Translations under genes and position numbers: made by a program
Shown here: in pieces, positions 47,005 through 56,433 of the stretch
How positions within the stretch are numbered: the stretch's first letter is position 1
Layout of the letters: every line of letters starts with the position of its first letter
Source of the DNA: an uncultured Clostridia bacterium
GTDB lineage: Bacteria > Bacillota > Clostridia > Oscillospirales > QAKW01
NCBI GenBank assembly: GCA_947627315.1
Contig: CANQVN010000001.1
Location: forward strand, 1,656 to 65,655
Direction of reading: 5' to 3'
DNA: 64,000 nucleotides
The notes under the pieces: generated by a model
Database searches by the model: none
The model's input: the letters and a program-made list of their open reading frames with translations, nothing else
What the model was told of the DNA's origin: nothing

Positions 47005-47657
47005 ATGACCGAACTGGAAAAAATGAAAACCGGAAAATTGTTCAATCAGACTGATCGATCTTTGCTTCTGAAAATGGCACGCACATATTGTCTTGCTAGA
47101 AAGTTAAACCGCACATCACTTCTTAATCAGCCAAGACGGAATAGACTCCTGAAAAAATGCTTGGCGGCATAGGCGGAAAGCCCTATTATGTTCAATCACC
47201 GTTTTATATTGACTATGGATTTAATACTTTTATCGGAACTAATTTTCTGTCTAACTACAACTTGGTTATAATGGACGAAGGTGAAGTTCATATAGGGGAT
47301 GATGTAATGATAGGACCAAACGTGTCAATAATCACAAACCTTCATCCTGCTGTTGGTAAAGAACGTAGGATTTGCTGGACACCGAATTATTTTCCGCACA
47401 ATCATAAAGGTAACTATATTTATTCAAAGCCAGTATACATTGGTAATTGTGTATGGATATGTACGGGTGCTGTGATTTGCCCTGGTGTGACAATTGGCGA
47501 TGAGGCAATCATTGGTGCGGGTAGCGTGGTCACACGTGACATTCTACCGGGAATGTTAGCTTATGGCGTGCCCTGCCGCCCTGTTCGTGTAATTACCGAC
47601 GAGGATAGAATGGAAGTAAACATTATCTATTCGGATGAGCCTATTGTGACAAAATAA
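47005..47657 (+). pseudogene. Maltose/galactoside O-acetyltransferase-like (hexapeptide repeat) gene split by a frameshift in an A6 run at 47152-47157
   Basis: The N-terminal 55 codons (MTELEKMKTGKLFNQTDRSLL...RNRLLKK) are in frame 1 and the rest (MLGGIGGKPYYVQSPFYIDYGFN...) is in another frame. One extra A would fuse them. Confidence 0.75.
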
Positions 47658-47766
47658 CAATTTTTTTATATTGCTGTACATGCAAAAATGCTTGTATTCT
47701 TTGACATATACTCAAGCATGAAATAAGGATCTAAACATTTCAAATAATACAGAAGGAGGCAATAAA

Positions 47767-48885
47767 ATGGCAATTATTGATGTGATAAAATATGAAGGTG
47801 GAAATAACATACTTGTTTGGAAACATCCGAAAGAAGACTTCAACACATCTGCGCAACTTATCGTTCATGAATCACAAGAGGCGATAGTATTTAAAGACGG
47901 ACGGGCGAGCGATCCTTATTTGGCTGGAAAATATACAATAGAGACTGAAAATATACCTGGCGTTCGCCGTTTGGTGGGATTAGTTACCGGTGGTATCTCT
48001 CCTAACCATTATGAGATCTATTATATTAACAAGGCTTATTCTATGGATATTCCTTGGGGAACAGCGACCCCGTGGACTATTCAGGATCCATCGCTTCAAA
48101 TTCCCTTTGAGATGCAGGCTCATGGGCAGTTTGCTGTAAGAGTCGAGGACTCAAAAAAACTTGTGTTAAAATTAGTCGGGACAATGAAGAGTTTTACACA
48201 GCGATCATTGCAAGACTATTTTTATGGAATCATGATCAGTAGAATCAAAGATAATATTTCTAATCTTATCATTTCCGAGAGATTAAGCCACGCTGAGATC
48301 AGTTCGCGTTTAATTGAAATATCAGAAAAAGTAGCCCCAAACCTCAAGGATAGCTTAATCAAATATGGTTTGTCGCTTGAAGAATTTGCGGTTGAAAATA
48401 TTAGCATATTAAAAGACGACGTATATGATAGTGTTCGAGATGCAATGAAAACGAGAGCTGCAAATACTATTACAGGCGTAACTGAACAAGAAAAAATGGG
48501 GTATGATGTTGCCAAGGCACAAGCTCAAAACCCCGGAACCGGCGGACAGTATGGGCAGATTGCTACAGGTATTGCATCGGGTATAGCTATGGCCCCGGCA
48601 ATGGGTGCCATTACTCGAAATGCCATGCAGCCTGTTTCTTCTGGTAATATCCAACATCGAGATCAGTTTAGTATGGGAACTGTTGACAAACGTGATCCAG
48701 AGCAAGGAAATCAAGAAATCAAATGTGCAAAATGCGGTGCTGTTCTTAGTGCTTCCTCTCGTTTTTGCAATCAGTGTGGCGCACCAGTCGGGCAGAAAAA
48801 GGCAGAGACTCTTTCTTGCCCTGTTTGCGGTTCAATACTTTCAGAGGGCAGCAAATTCTGCAATTCATGCGGAGCAAAACTTTAA
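47767..48885 (+). CDS. SPFH/band-7 domain protein with two C-terminal zinc ribbons (COG4260-like)
   Basis: N-terminus MAIIDVIKYEGGNNILVWKHP. C-terminus CAKCG...CNQCG and CPVCG...CNSCG. SD GAAGGAGG. Confidence 0.85.
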   Translation: MAIIDVIKYEGGNNILVWKHPKEDFNTSAQLIVHESQEAIVFKDGRASDPYLAGKYTIETENIPGVRRLVGLVTGGISPNHYEIYYINKAYSMDIPWGTATPWTIQDPSLQIPFEMQAHGQFAVRVEDSKKLVLKLVGTMKSFTQRSLQDYFYGIMISRIKDNISNLIISERLSHAEISSRLIEISEKVAPNLKDSLIKYGLSLEEFAVENISILKDDVYDSVRDAMKTRAANTITGVTEQEKMGYDVAKAQAQNPGTGGQYGQIATGIASGIAMAPAMGAITRNAMQPVSSGNIQHRDQFSMGTVDKRDPEQGNQEIKCAKCGAVLSASSRFCNQCGAPVGQKKAETLSCPVCGSILSEGSKFCNSCGAKL

Positions 48886-48900
48886 TAGGGGGTTTTTGTA

Positions 48901-49290
48901 ATGAAACGAATTAAAAGAGCAATGCCGACGCTTGCTGTTTCATCGCTTTTTATTATTGTGTTCAATGTGCTTGCTTTTGTTTTATCAGATAGATACGGTG
49001 CAAATTTTTGGTGTGGATACATATTTGTTACTCTTTCGTGGTTATGTTTGATAGGGATCGAACTATTGACATCAAGTAAAAATGATATGGGACAATCGCT
49101 CTTCTTAAACGCTCCAGGTCTGCTCATGACTGTAGTTCATCTTGTGGTACAGACTGTATTCGCTATAGCGGTAATGGCTATTCCGTCGTTTAGCGTTAAA
49201 TTATCTGTTTGCGTTGAGATAATATTTTTCGCTATCTATCTAGGAATCATTAGCGCATTAGAAATGTACAAAAGCAAAAACTTACACTAA
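48901..49290 (+). CDS. Four-TM small membrane protein
   Basis: 129-aa hydrophobic ORF starting 15 nt after the SPFH gene. Confidence 0.7.
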   Translation: MKRIKRAMPTLAVSSLFIIVFNVLAFVLSDRYGANFWCGYIFVTLSWLCLIGIELLTSSKNDMGQSLFLNAPGLLMTVVHLVVQTVFAIAVMAIPSFSVKLSVCVEIIFFAIYLGIISALEMYKSKNLH

Positions 49291-49308
49291 GTAAAAGAGG
49301 ATATGGGA

Positions 49309-50637
49309 ATGAAGGAATGTAAATATTGTCGGACAAAATATGATGATAGCCTCACTGCATGTCCAAATTGCGGTGGTACTAGGGTGGTGACCGCAGAGGA
49401 GTTAGCAGAAGAAGCTGAAATTAAGCGGCAAGAAGTTGAATATAGAGAAAAAGCCAATGCTGCTCCGGAACTACATAAAAAGCGGTTGATTGGCATTCTG
49501 ACTGCTGTAGTGGCGATGATAATTGCTGTAATTGTGATCATTTCAATAAATGCAAACAAGCCGTTGTCCAATGGAATGACTAAAGACGAGAGTGAAGAAA
49601 TTTTTTCTACCGGTATGGAATACTTTGACAACGGGCACTATGAAGAGGCAATTCAATGTTTTGCACAGTTGCCTACTGATAGTAAACAGTATAAAAAAGC
49701 GCAGTCCGTGTTGACCAAATCAGCAGAATCTTATAGAAAAACTATTTTGGAAAAAGTTAACACGTATGTTCAAAACAATGAATACGAAGTTGCTTTAGAA
49801 GTTCTTAAGAACGCACAAGCAATACTGCCTGATGATACTGAAATAAAAAATGCTTATAATACTACATTTAACTCTTATAAGTCGTTAATTAGGGAAAATA
49901 CTATCGCCGAAGCGGACGCTTATGTTGCTGATGGTGATTATGTGAGTGCTATAAAAGCAGTTAATACAGCATTGGATAAAATAGAGCAGGATGAAGAGTT
50001 GTCTGCTAAACTTTCCGTTTACATGTCTTCCTATAAAGAGAGTCTGTTTGCTAATGCACATAGTGCTTATTTGAACAATGGATATGAAGAGGCTATTTCA
50101 ATTCTACAAGACGGGAAGTCTTTGTTGGGTCAGGATGATGATCTTCTTCAACTAATTTCTGATTATCAAGATTGTAAACCTATTTCTTTAAAAGATTTGA
50201 ATTGTGTTTATACCAGCACAGATGGGTTTACAGAATGGAACATTGAAGCGAAGATGATGGGTGAATTATATACAGACTACAATAATGTGCTTTGGCAGAA
50301 GGATGGATATATTGATTATGAACTTTCTGGGGAATACAAGCGCATTTCTGGCACCCTCGTTTTTAATGGTAATTTAGATTTTGATGCATTTGCTTGGGAT
50401 ATTCAGCCAGAAAATTTTACTCCAACAATAAAAATATATTGCGATAACAACTTAATTGCAACTTATTCGGTAAGCAATTCGAATCGCAGTGTTGATTTTG
50501 AATGCAATATTGAAGGGACGAAGTTTTTGAGAATAGAAGTCGATGGGCTTGAAGAGTGGAATGGATATATGCTCCAAAATTATTATTTGGTTGGGGCCAT
50601 TTCTAACTTTAACATTTACAAAAATGTGATAGAGTGA
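49309..50637 (+). CDS. Zinc-ribbon / TM / TPR-like / C-terminal beta-rich domain protein
   Basis: CKYC...CPNCG at the N-terminus, a TM helix (LIGILTAVVAMIIAVIVIISI), and repeated helical YEEA/YEVA units. Confidence 0.8.
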   Translation: MKECKYCRTKYDDSLTACPNCGGTRVVTAEELAEEAEIKRQEVEYREKANAAPELHKKRLIGILTAVVAMIIAVIVIISINANKPLSNGMTKDESEEIFSTGMEYFDNGHYEEAIQCFAQLPTDSKQYKKAQSVLTKSAESYRKTILEKVNTYVQNNEYEVALEVLKNAQAILPDDTEIKNAYNTTFNSYKSLIRENTIAEADAYVADGDYVSAIKAVNTALDKIEQDEELSAKLSVYMSSYKESLFANAHSAYLNNGYEEAISILQDGKSLLGQDDDLLQLISDYQDCKPISLKDLNCVYTSTDGFTEWNIEAKMMGELYTDYNNVLWQKDGYIDYELSGEYKRISGTLVFNGNLDFDAFAWDIQPENFTPTIKIYCDNNLIATYSVSNSNRSVDFECNIEGTKFLRIEVDGLEEWNGYMLQNYYLVGAISNFNIYKNVIE

Positions 50638-50729
50638 GATAATCCGAAAGAATGTGCGAAAATGATATTGCATTATCTACATTATAAATTTTAACATTAT
50701 ATGATTATTTAAGAAAGCAGGTGACCAAA

Positions 50730-53378
50730 ATGAGCCTCTCGATTATAGAGATTAAAGCGAGCCCTCAATACCAGCTTATAAACGCAAGTGTTGAAGAAGC
50801 AAAACGTTCTATCTGTTCAACATTTTGTAACCTGCTTTCATATGTTTCCTCAATTGCTGCTTCAGAACGAATTGCTATAGATCTTGTGTTTCATAAGTTC
50901 AAAGATAGTTTACTCCGCCTGTTCATCACTCTTCGGAGTGATGAACAGGTGTTAACTGTACCGATTGCGCAATTAAACGCTATCATCTCGTCTTATTTAA
51001 TAAATGCACATTATTCTGTTGAAGAAATAACTGGACAAGAATTTATAGAAATTGTCAACGAATTTCGTAGCCAGTTAACCGGGAAAATTGTTGCGATATT
51101 CAAGGATGAAAAGATCACGACAAGCAATCTTTCCTATTCTGGTTATTACTATTATACTGACGTTTTTGAATCATTAAATGACAAGTCTGCCGAAATAAAC
51201 AATCACAGCACTTTGATCAATCAACTGATGTCATGTGAAAAAACGACAGTTTCTTTTCAACTTATTCCCACACAACTTGCTCAGGAAGAGTATTATGCAT
51301 TAAGCAATTTATCGGGTGAATTGGCAACAACCACACACGGTCTTTTAGTTCACAATCAAATGGTGCGAGAAGTTGCGGCTGAAGCACCAAAGAAAACATA
51401 TACATATTATACGGAACGAGCATCACAGCCTTTGTTTATTGGAAATATCATTGTTGCCTCAAAGCGAGATGATTTAAGCGGGATTGTTGCTGCGATTAAA
51501 TCAGACATGCAGCAATCGGTGATTACTCCAATTAGTTTGGCAAGTGTTGAACTTGAGAATAATTCACAGTTGGCCTATGATTTTTTCCATTTTCCGTGGA
51601 ATGTATATAACCAACTTTTACTAAATTATCGAAATCAAACTATTTGGAACGGTACGGTGTTGCAGCCATCAAATTTAGTGAGATTACCGTTTCTTTATAC
51701 TGCAACAGAAGCAACGACTTTTTTTAAGTTGCCTATTGATGATGGAAAAATACACAGTATTCGAAGCAACCGAGTGGTGAATGATAATGAAGTTATTGAC
51801 AATAAGGTGTTTTCTGCTGAAAATATCAAACTTGGGGAATTACTTAATTCTAAACATTCAATTATTGGTGTGGATGCAGCGGACTTTACACGTCATGTTT
51901 TAATTGTAGGGACTCCTGGTAGTGGTAAAACCACATTTGCGCTTAATCTACTTTTGCAATTCTATGACAAAGGAATCCCCTTTTTAGCGATAGAACCAAC
52001 CAAAACAGAATATCGTGCCCTTATTGACGCTATGCCGGATCTACAGGTTTTTACACCTGGAAACAATAGCATTGTGCCGTTCTTTATCAATCCATTTATC
52101 CCACCAAAAGGAATTAGATTGGAGCAATATATTCCTTCGTTGATGAGTGCATTTAGAGCTGCCTTTTCTATGGAATCACCATTGGATGTGATTTTTCTTA
52201 GAGCAATTCGTCAATGCTATGCGCAATACGGTTGGAAGAATAGCAGCACATGCGAAGATACTGATATCCAACCATTTGGCCTATTTGAATTTATTCTTGT
52301 GTTTAGGAAAACAGTTGCAAATTCTGATTATAAAGCTGAAACAAAGGCAAATATTGAAACAGGAGGCACATTCCGTCTATTAAATCTGTTTGATCAAAAC
52401 AAATACATATATGATACGGTAAATACAATACCTATTGAGTTACTATTACAGAGGCCGACAGTGGTTGAATTGAATGCGATTGCTGATGATGAGCAGAAAG
52501 CACTTATTATGGCCTTGCTTTTAATTAGCATATGTCTTTATACAAAAAGCAAGGGATCAAGTTCGGGTCAAATCAATAATGTTATTATGATAGACGAAGC
52601 GCACGTTCTGCTTGACACGCAGGCAAGTGGCACTTATGAACAGTCAAAAGCACAAAGCGCAACTGTTAAATCTCTTCAAAAAATGATCGCCGAGATTCGC
52701 TCATTTGGAACAGGATTTATTGTTGCTGATCAAGTGCCATCAAAGGTGACAACCGATATTGTCGCCAATACTGATTTGAAAGTTTCTTTTCGATTGGTTG
52801 AACAGAATGAACGGAATATTTTAGCTAACAGTATTAATATGACTGAACAACAGTCACAGCATTTAGCGCGACTCAAAAAGGGCGAGGCTATAGTATATTT
52901 TTCTGATCTCGAATCTCCAAAAGTAATAACGACACCTGATATTAGATTCGAAAAAGGAATACGGTATCAGATCCCTGATGACGAGGTATCTAAACGTGTG
53001 CAATTTTGGAAATCACGGAGTAATCTGCTCGTTCCTTTTTTTGAGTGCTCTTTTTGCCCGCAATGTGCTTCTCGAAGTCAATGTAACACTGGTGTACGTG
53101 AAAAGGCAGAATACTATGCTTCACATATAGTCTCCACTGTAGGAGCAAGCATAAAAGACAAGGAAACTTTTATAAAATATATATGCCGACTTCATAAACT
53201 CATTATAAAATATGAAACTCCAATAGAAGATCAAGGTTCTCTAAAAATGCTTTGTAATTGCTCCAAAATACATTTTTTAAGAGAAATTCTTCTTACAAGC
53301 GACTTTAGCTTTAATAGGACTGCAATAGCAGAATTGTTGAACAGAACAATGATAAGGGGTGAAGGGCAGGATATTTGA
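50730..53378 (+). CDS. Large P-loop NTPase, HerA/FtsK/VirB4-like core with unknown N- and C-terminal domains
   Basis: Walker A GTPGSGKTT, Walker B VIMIDEAHVLL, and FIVADQVPSKV. The C-terminal Cys cluster is CSFCPQC...C. ATG 50730 is preferred over GTG 50721. Confidence 0.85.
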   Translation: MSLSIIEIKASPQYQLINASVEEAKRSICSTFCNLLSYVSSIAASERIAIDLVFHKFKDSLLRLFITLRSDEQVLTVPIAQLNAIISSYLINAHYSVEEITGQEFIEIVNEFRSQLTGKIVAIFKDEKITTSNLSYSGYYYYTDVFESLNDKSAEINNHSTLINQLMSCEKTTVSFQLIPTQLAQEEYYALSNLSGELATTTHGLLVHNQMVREVAAEAPKKTYTYYTERASQPLFIGNIIVASKRDDLSGIVAAIKSDMQQSVITPISLASVELENNSQLAYDFFHFPWNVYNQLLLNYRNQTIWNGTVLQPSNLVRLPFLYTATEATTFFKLPIDDGKIHSIRSNRVVNDNEVIDNKVFSAENIKLGELLNSKHSIIGVDAADFTRHVLIVGTPGSGKTTFALNLLLQFYDKGIPFLAIEPTKTEYRALIDAMPDLQVFTPGNNSIVPFFINPFIPPKGIRLEQYIPSLMSAFRAAFSMESPLDVIFLRAIRQCYAQYGWKNSSTCEDTDIQPFGLFEFILVFRKTVANSDYKAETKANIETGGTFRLLNLFDQNKYIYDTVNTIPIELLLQRPTVVELNAIADDEQKALIMALLLISICLYTKSKGSSSGQINNVIMIDEAHVLLDTQASGTYEQSKAQSATVKSLQKMIAEIRSFGTGFIVADQVPSKVTTDIVANTDLKVSFRLVEQNERNILANSINMTEQQSQHLARLKKGEAIVYFSDLESPKVITTPDIRFEKGIRYQIPDDEVSKRVQFWKSRSNLLVPFFECSFCPQCASRSQCNTGVREKAEYYASHIVSTVGASIKDKETFIKYICRLHKLIIKYETPIEDQGSLKMLCNCSKIHFLREILLTSDFSFNRTAIAELLNRTMIRGEGQDI

Positions 53379-53566
53379 TCGCAGTTATTAAGTTAGCTTT
53401 AATACAAGTGATCTTTAAGATGAAGTTTGTTTTGATAAGCATATAGGAATTTTGGATATAATCAAAATTGAAATCCGCGTTCCCAGAGAATTTGAAACAA
53501 ATAATATTTAAACCACGGATGATTTACCATGTCCTATTTCGTTCGTAAAGCGATTATTTTGACAAG

Positions 53567-53597
53567 AAAAGCTCACATGCCGGGCATGTGAGCTTTT
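53567..53597. terminator. Bidirectional hairpin terminator at the island/backbone transition
   Basis: AAAA-GCTCACATGC-CGG-GCATGTGAGC-TTTT. Confidence 0.75.
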
Positions 53598-53698
53598 GGG
53601 GGAAATACAAAATAATATATATACATTATTTATATTTCAGAGCGCAGAAATGCAGTTATACGAGTGATGAATATTCAATTATTATTTCATGCATTTTC

Positions 53699-55684
53699 TC
53701 ACGCTGCTTTTGCCTTTTGGGGCAGAAGCATTTTTTCTTTCCAGACTTTCAGATACTTTTTCACAAGCGGAGTGGGTCCGCAGTTGTGATCGCCGTGTAT
53801 CTGCGAGATTTTCCCGTTTATCAGTTCCAGTGTGTAAAACGGCGTGTCCGGCTCGCTTGTTTTGCGGAGGAAAAGAATAATGCACTTCTTTCGTATAACG
53901 CGCTGTATATACGCACCGACGCAGTGATGCAGGCTTTGCCCTTCGGCAACGATCTGCTCGGCAGACTTTGGCGGAACCATAACAAGCCCGAATTTTTTCA
54001 TACCGAACTTGCTCACAAGCTCCGTGTAATCGGATACGATCGTTTTGTTGCATATCTGAACCTTGTTGGTATCAAACATATTCGCGGCGAGGTCGTGCGC
54101 CTCGCTTAGATTTCTTGGATAAAGAATAAAATCGTCGGAAAGATCATAATCCAAATCCACACAGAACAGAATATAATCCTTATACAAAGATAATACCGTT
54201 TTGTGACTGTAACTTTGCCTGTATCCGTTCCTGTTCGGGTCGTAGTTCATCTTATCATACTGCTCGTTCATATACCGTACAAGCCTGTGCGCCGTGCAGT
54301 ATCGCAGACATATTATCAGATCTTCGGTGTTTGCAATGTAGTTTTGCTGACACCACAGCATCAGTTCCTCATTCGGCGGGATATTGTTTTCCCAAAGTTC
54401 CCGCATCATTTGAAGCTGCGACGTACCCATATTTATTTTCTGCATAAGCGGCAGATATTCTTTGGATATGCCGGTGATTTCGGAAAAACTGTGTCCATCA
54501 TGCAGCACGCGAATACCGTATCCGTAAATCACGTCCTCTGTGATACGATACAATCGCAGTTTCAACAAATACTCTATTGCGGGATACCGTAAATATTGCC
54601 GTAAATACGTCACGACCTCCAACGGCTCAAAATCGTATGAGCAGAAATCCTTGAGTTGCGAATATTGCCATGGCGTGTCAAGCAGGACTTTGTCGAGATT
54701 ATCCGCGTAAAGATATCCGCAATTATCCGCCAAAAAATTATACGACCAGTGCTGAAATACAGGACGATACCCCTTTTTCCAATCGGTGATGTTCATATCG
54801 GAGACCCCGTGGTAGTACGAATCGATCTTTTCGCCGTCTGTTGCAATAAAGATACGCGAGCTTTCCCAAAAGGTAATTTTCGGATTTAGATAGTCGGGAT
54901 AGTCTACCCATACCTTAAAAATCCGAAGGAGCAGTTCGCCGTTTATTTTTTTCAACATTTGAACCGTCACTCTGTCCGAAACATGGGATGTGCGCCCACG
55001 CGCGTGAAAAATTACATGACGGCCGCAGCCGGGGCAAACGCCTTCTTTTTTGTGCTTTGCCCCGACTACCTCCATATACCTTTTACAGTGCGTGCAGTAG
55101 CCAAGCTGCGTTTTTCTCTTTCGGTAATCATAGAACATATGTACCGGTATCACTTGGTTTTCCGTCCACTTTCTAATAACTGCCGGGATCTTGTCGACCG
55201 GCTTCATACGCTCCCGTATTTTACATTCCTTTGCTCGTAATTTTTTACGGTAATTCACATTCCAAATGTTCTGTTGAAACTGCTGCAACGCAAAAAATCC
55301 GTCGTCGGCGTTTTTCTCCTTACAGAAATCGCATACGCGGACACTGTCCCGCTTTGTGTAAAACGCACTGCTGCCGATAAGGCTGAATGGATATTGACCC
55401 GATATATTTATTGTCATGGAAGTCAGCCACCTCAGTTTTCCGTCCGGTGTTCGCTTCAGCGTCAGGTACTCCTTTCGCGTTTGGAAAACCGTGTATTCCG
55501 GGACGGATATACCGTTTGACACCTGCTTTGAAAGATAAAAATACAACAGCAGCGTGCGGCGTCCTCCGATGTTTTTGACGGAAGTGCGCACGACGTATAA
55601 ATATTTCGACGCGTGCAGTATTCCGTTGTTCGGGTCAAGTTTTATGTTTGGATCAAAGTGTTTGCGTAATTCCCGTTTGTTCAT
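53699..55684 (-). CDS. pcfJ: PcfJ-like protein
   Basis: The C-terminal SLHHCVGAYIQRVIRKKCIILFLRK signature (from memory of the PcfJ family) and Cys-pair Zn-finger-like segments. Confidence 0.8.
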   Translation of the reverse strand: MNKRELRKHFDPNIKLDPNNGILHASKYLYVVRTSVKNIGGRRTLLLYFYLSKQVSNGISVPEYTVFQTRKEYLTLKRTPDGKLRWLTSMTINISGQYPFSLIGSSAFYTKRDSVRVCDFCKEKNADDGFFALQQFQQNIWNVNYRKKLRAKECKIRERMKPVDKIPAVIRKWTENQVIPVHMFYDYRKRKTQLGYCTHCKRYMEVVGAKHKKEGVCPGCGRHVIFHARGRTSHVSDRVTVQMLKKINGELLLRIFKVWVDYPDYLNPKITFWESSRIFIATDGEKIDSYYHGVSDMNITDWKKGYRPVFQHWSYNFLADNCGYLYADNLDKVLLDTPWQYSQLKDFCSYDFEPLEVVTYLRQYLRYPAIEYLLKLRLYRITEDVIYGYGIRVLHDGHSFSEITGISKEYLPLMQKINMGTSQLQMMRELWENNIPPNEELMLWCQQNYIANTEDLIICLRYCTAHRLVRYMNEQYDKMNYDPNRNGYRQSYSHKTVLSLYKDYILFCVDLDYDLSDDFILYPRNLSEAHDLAANMFDTNKVQICNKTIVSDYTELVSKFGMKKFGLVMVPPKSAEQIVAEGQSLHHCVGAYIQRVIRKKCIILFLRKTSEPDTPFYTLELINGKISQIHGDHNCGPTPLVKKYLKVWKEKMLLPQKAKAA

Positions 55685-56364
55685 TGTACAGTCGCCCCCT
55701 GTTCATCCTTTTTCGCGGCGTCGTCGACTTCAAACAGACTGATTTGGTTTGCCTGCTGCGGCTCCTGCTGTGCTTTGGCGGGCTTCTCTTTTGCGGGATC
55801 CGCCTTTTTCTTGGGCTTTGAGGTGCGCGGCGGCACATACGGTCTCGGAACGAATTTTTCATCCTCGTTCTTGTCCTTGTCCACATCGACGTTCATATCG
55901 TAGAAATACTCGACCGCCCATTCGTAGCATAACTCGTCCGGGACGTCTCCGCCAATGTAGTGGTCTTCATTTTCCTCGTCGTTTAATTTCATTTCCTCCT
56001 CGAGATATTCCTTTGCCTTTTGACTTATATACCGAAAACAGTTTCGCATATTTTTGCGCGGGTGCATGACCTGCTTGGCAAACGCAACATCTTCATAACA
56101 CTTTGTCTGCACAAACTCGGTCACGCACAGTTTCATATTGCGGCGTGTCAGTCGCTCGGTGGCGTCGCCCAATCTTTTTACGGACGAGGCTATCAAAGCG
56201 TCATCGTCTACCGCGACCGCTTTTTCCCACTCGACCTGTATTTTCTCCTCGCGTGCCTTTTTCTTCGCTTCCCATTCGGCTTTGCGCTTGGCTTCGGCTT
56301 GTTCGTGCGCTTGGCGCTTGGCGTCCTCGCTTTCTGTGGCTTTAGTGTTTTTTGAAACTTCCAT
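55681..56364 (-). CDS. PcfK-like protein (the family that includes AcrIIA9-type anti-CRISPRs, from memory)
   Basis: NCFRYISQKAKEYL...IGGDVPDELCYEWAVEYFYD, with charged coiled N- and C-termini. ATGA overlap with pcfJ. Confidence 0.65.
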   Translation of the reverse strand: MEVSKNTKATESEDAKRQAHEQAEAKRKAEWEAKKKAREEKIQVEWEKAVAVDDDALIASSVKRLGDATERLTRRNMKLCVTEFVQTKCYEDVAFAKQVMHPRKNMRNCFRYISQKAKEYLEEEMKLNDEENEDHYIGGDVPDELCYEWAVEYFYDMNVDVDKDKNEDEKFVPRPYVPPRTSKPKKKADPAKEKPAKAQQEPQQANQISLFEVDDAAKKDEQGATVQ

Positions 56365-56433
56365 TTTTAACTCCTTTTTAATTGTGCAGAACGCCGCGCG
56401 GATAATTCCGTGCGGCGTTGCTGTGTTTAAGTC

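Larger units (their letters stand above)
38153..53550. mobile_element. Nested AT-rich island with its own tyrosine recombinase; boundaries approximate
   Basis: Composition shifts sharply (sampled 60-nt lines give ~35% GC inside and ~55% outside). An integrase sits at the left end, and two cargo genes are inactivated. Only a weak 9-bp direct repeat marks the ends. Confidence 0.45.

Noticed and set aside
53542-53550. TTCGTAAAG as the right att core of the AT-rich island (it matches 38155-38163 inside the left inverted repeat, in the same orientation)
   Set aside because: A 9-bp match in 64 kb of partly AT-rich DNA is expected by chance about once. I keep it only as a weak hint, and the island boundaries remain unresolved.
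53588-54109. Plus-strand 173-aa ORF overlapping the 3' end of pcfJ
   Set aside because: It is antisense to the PcfJ signature region and starts within the terminator and AT-rich spacer. It has no SD.
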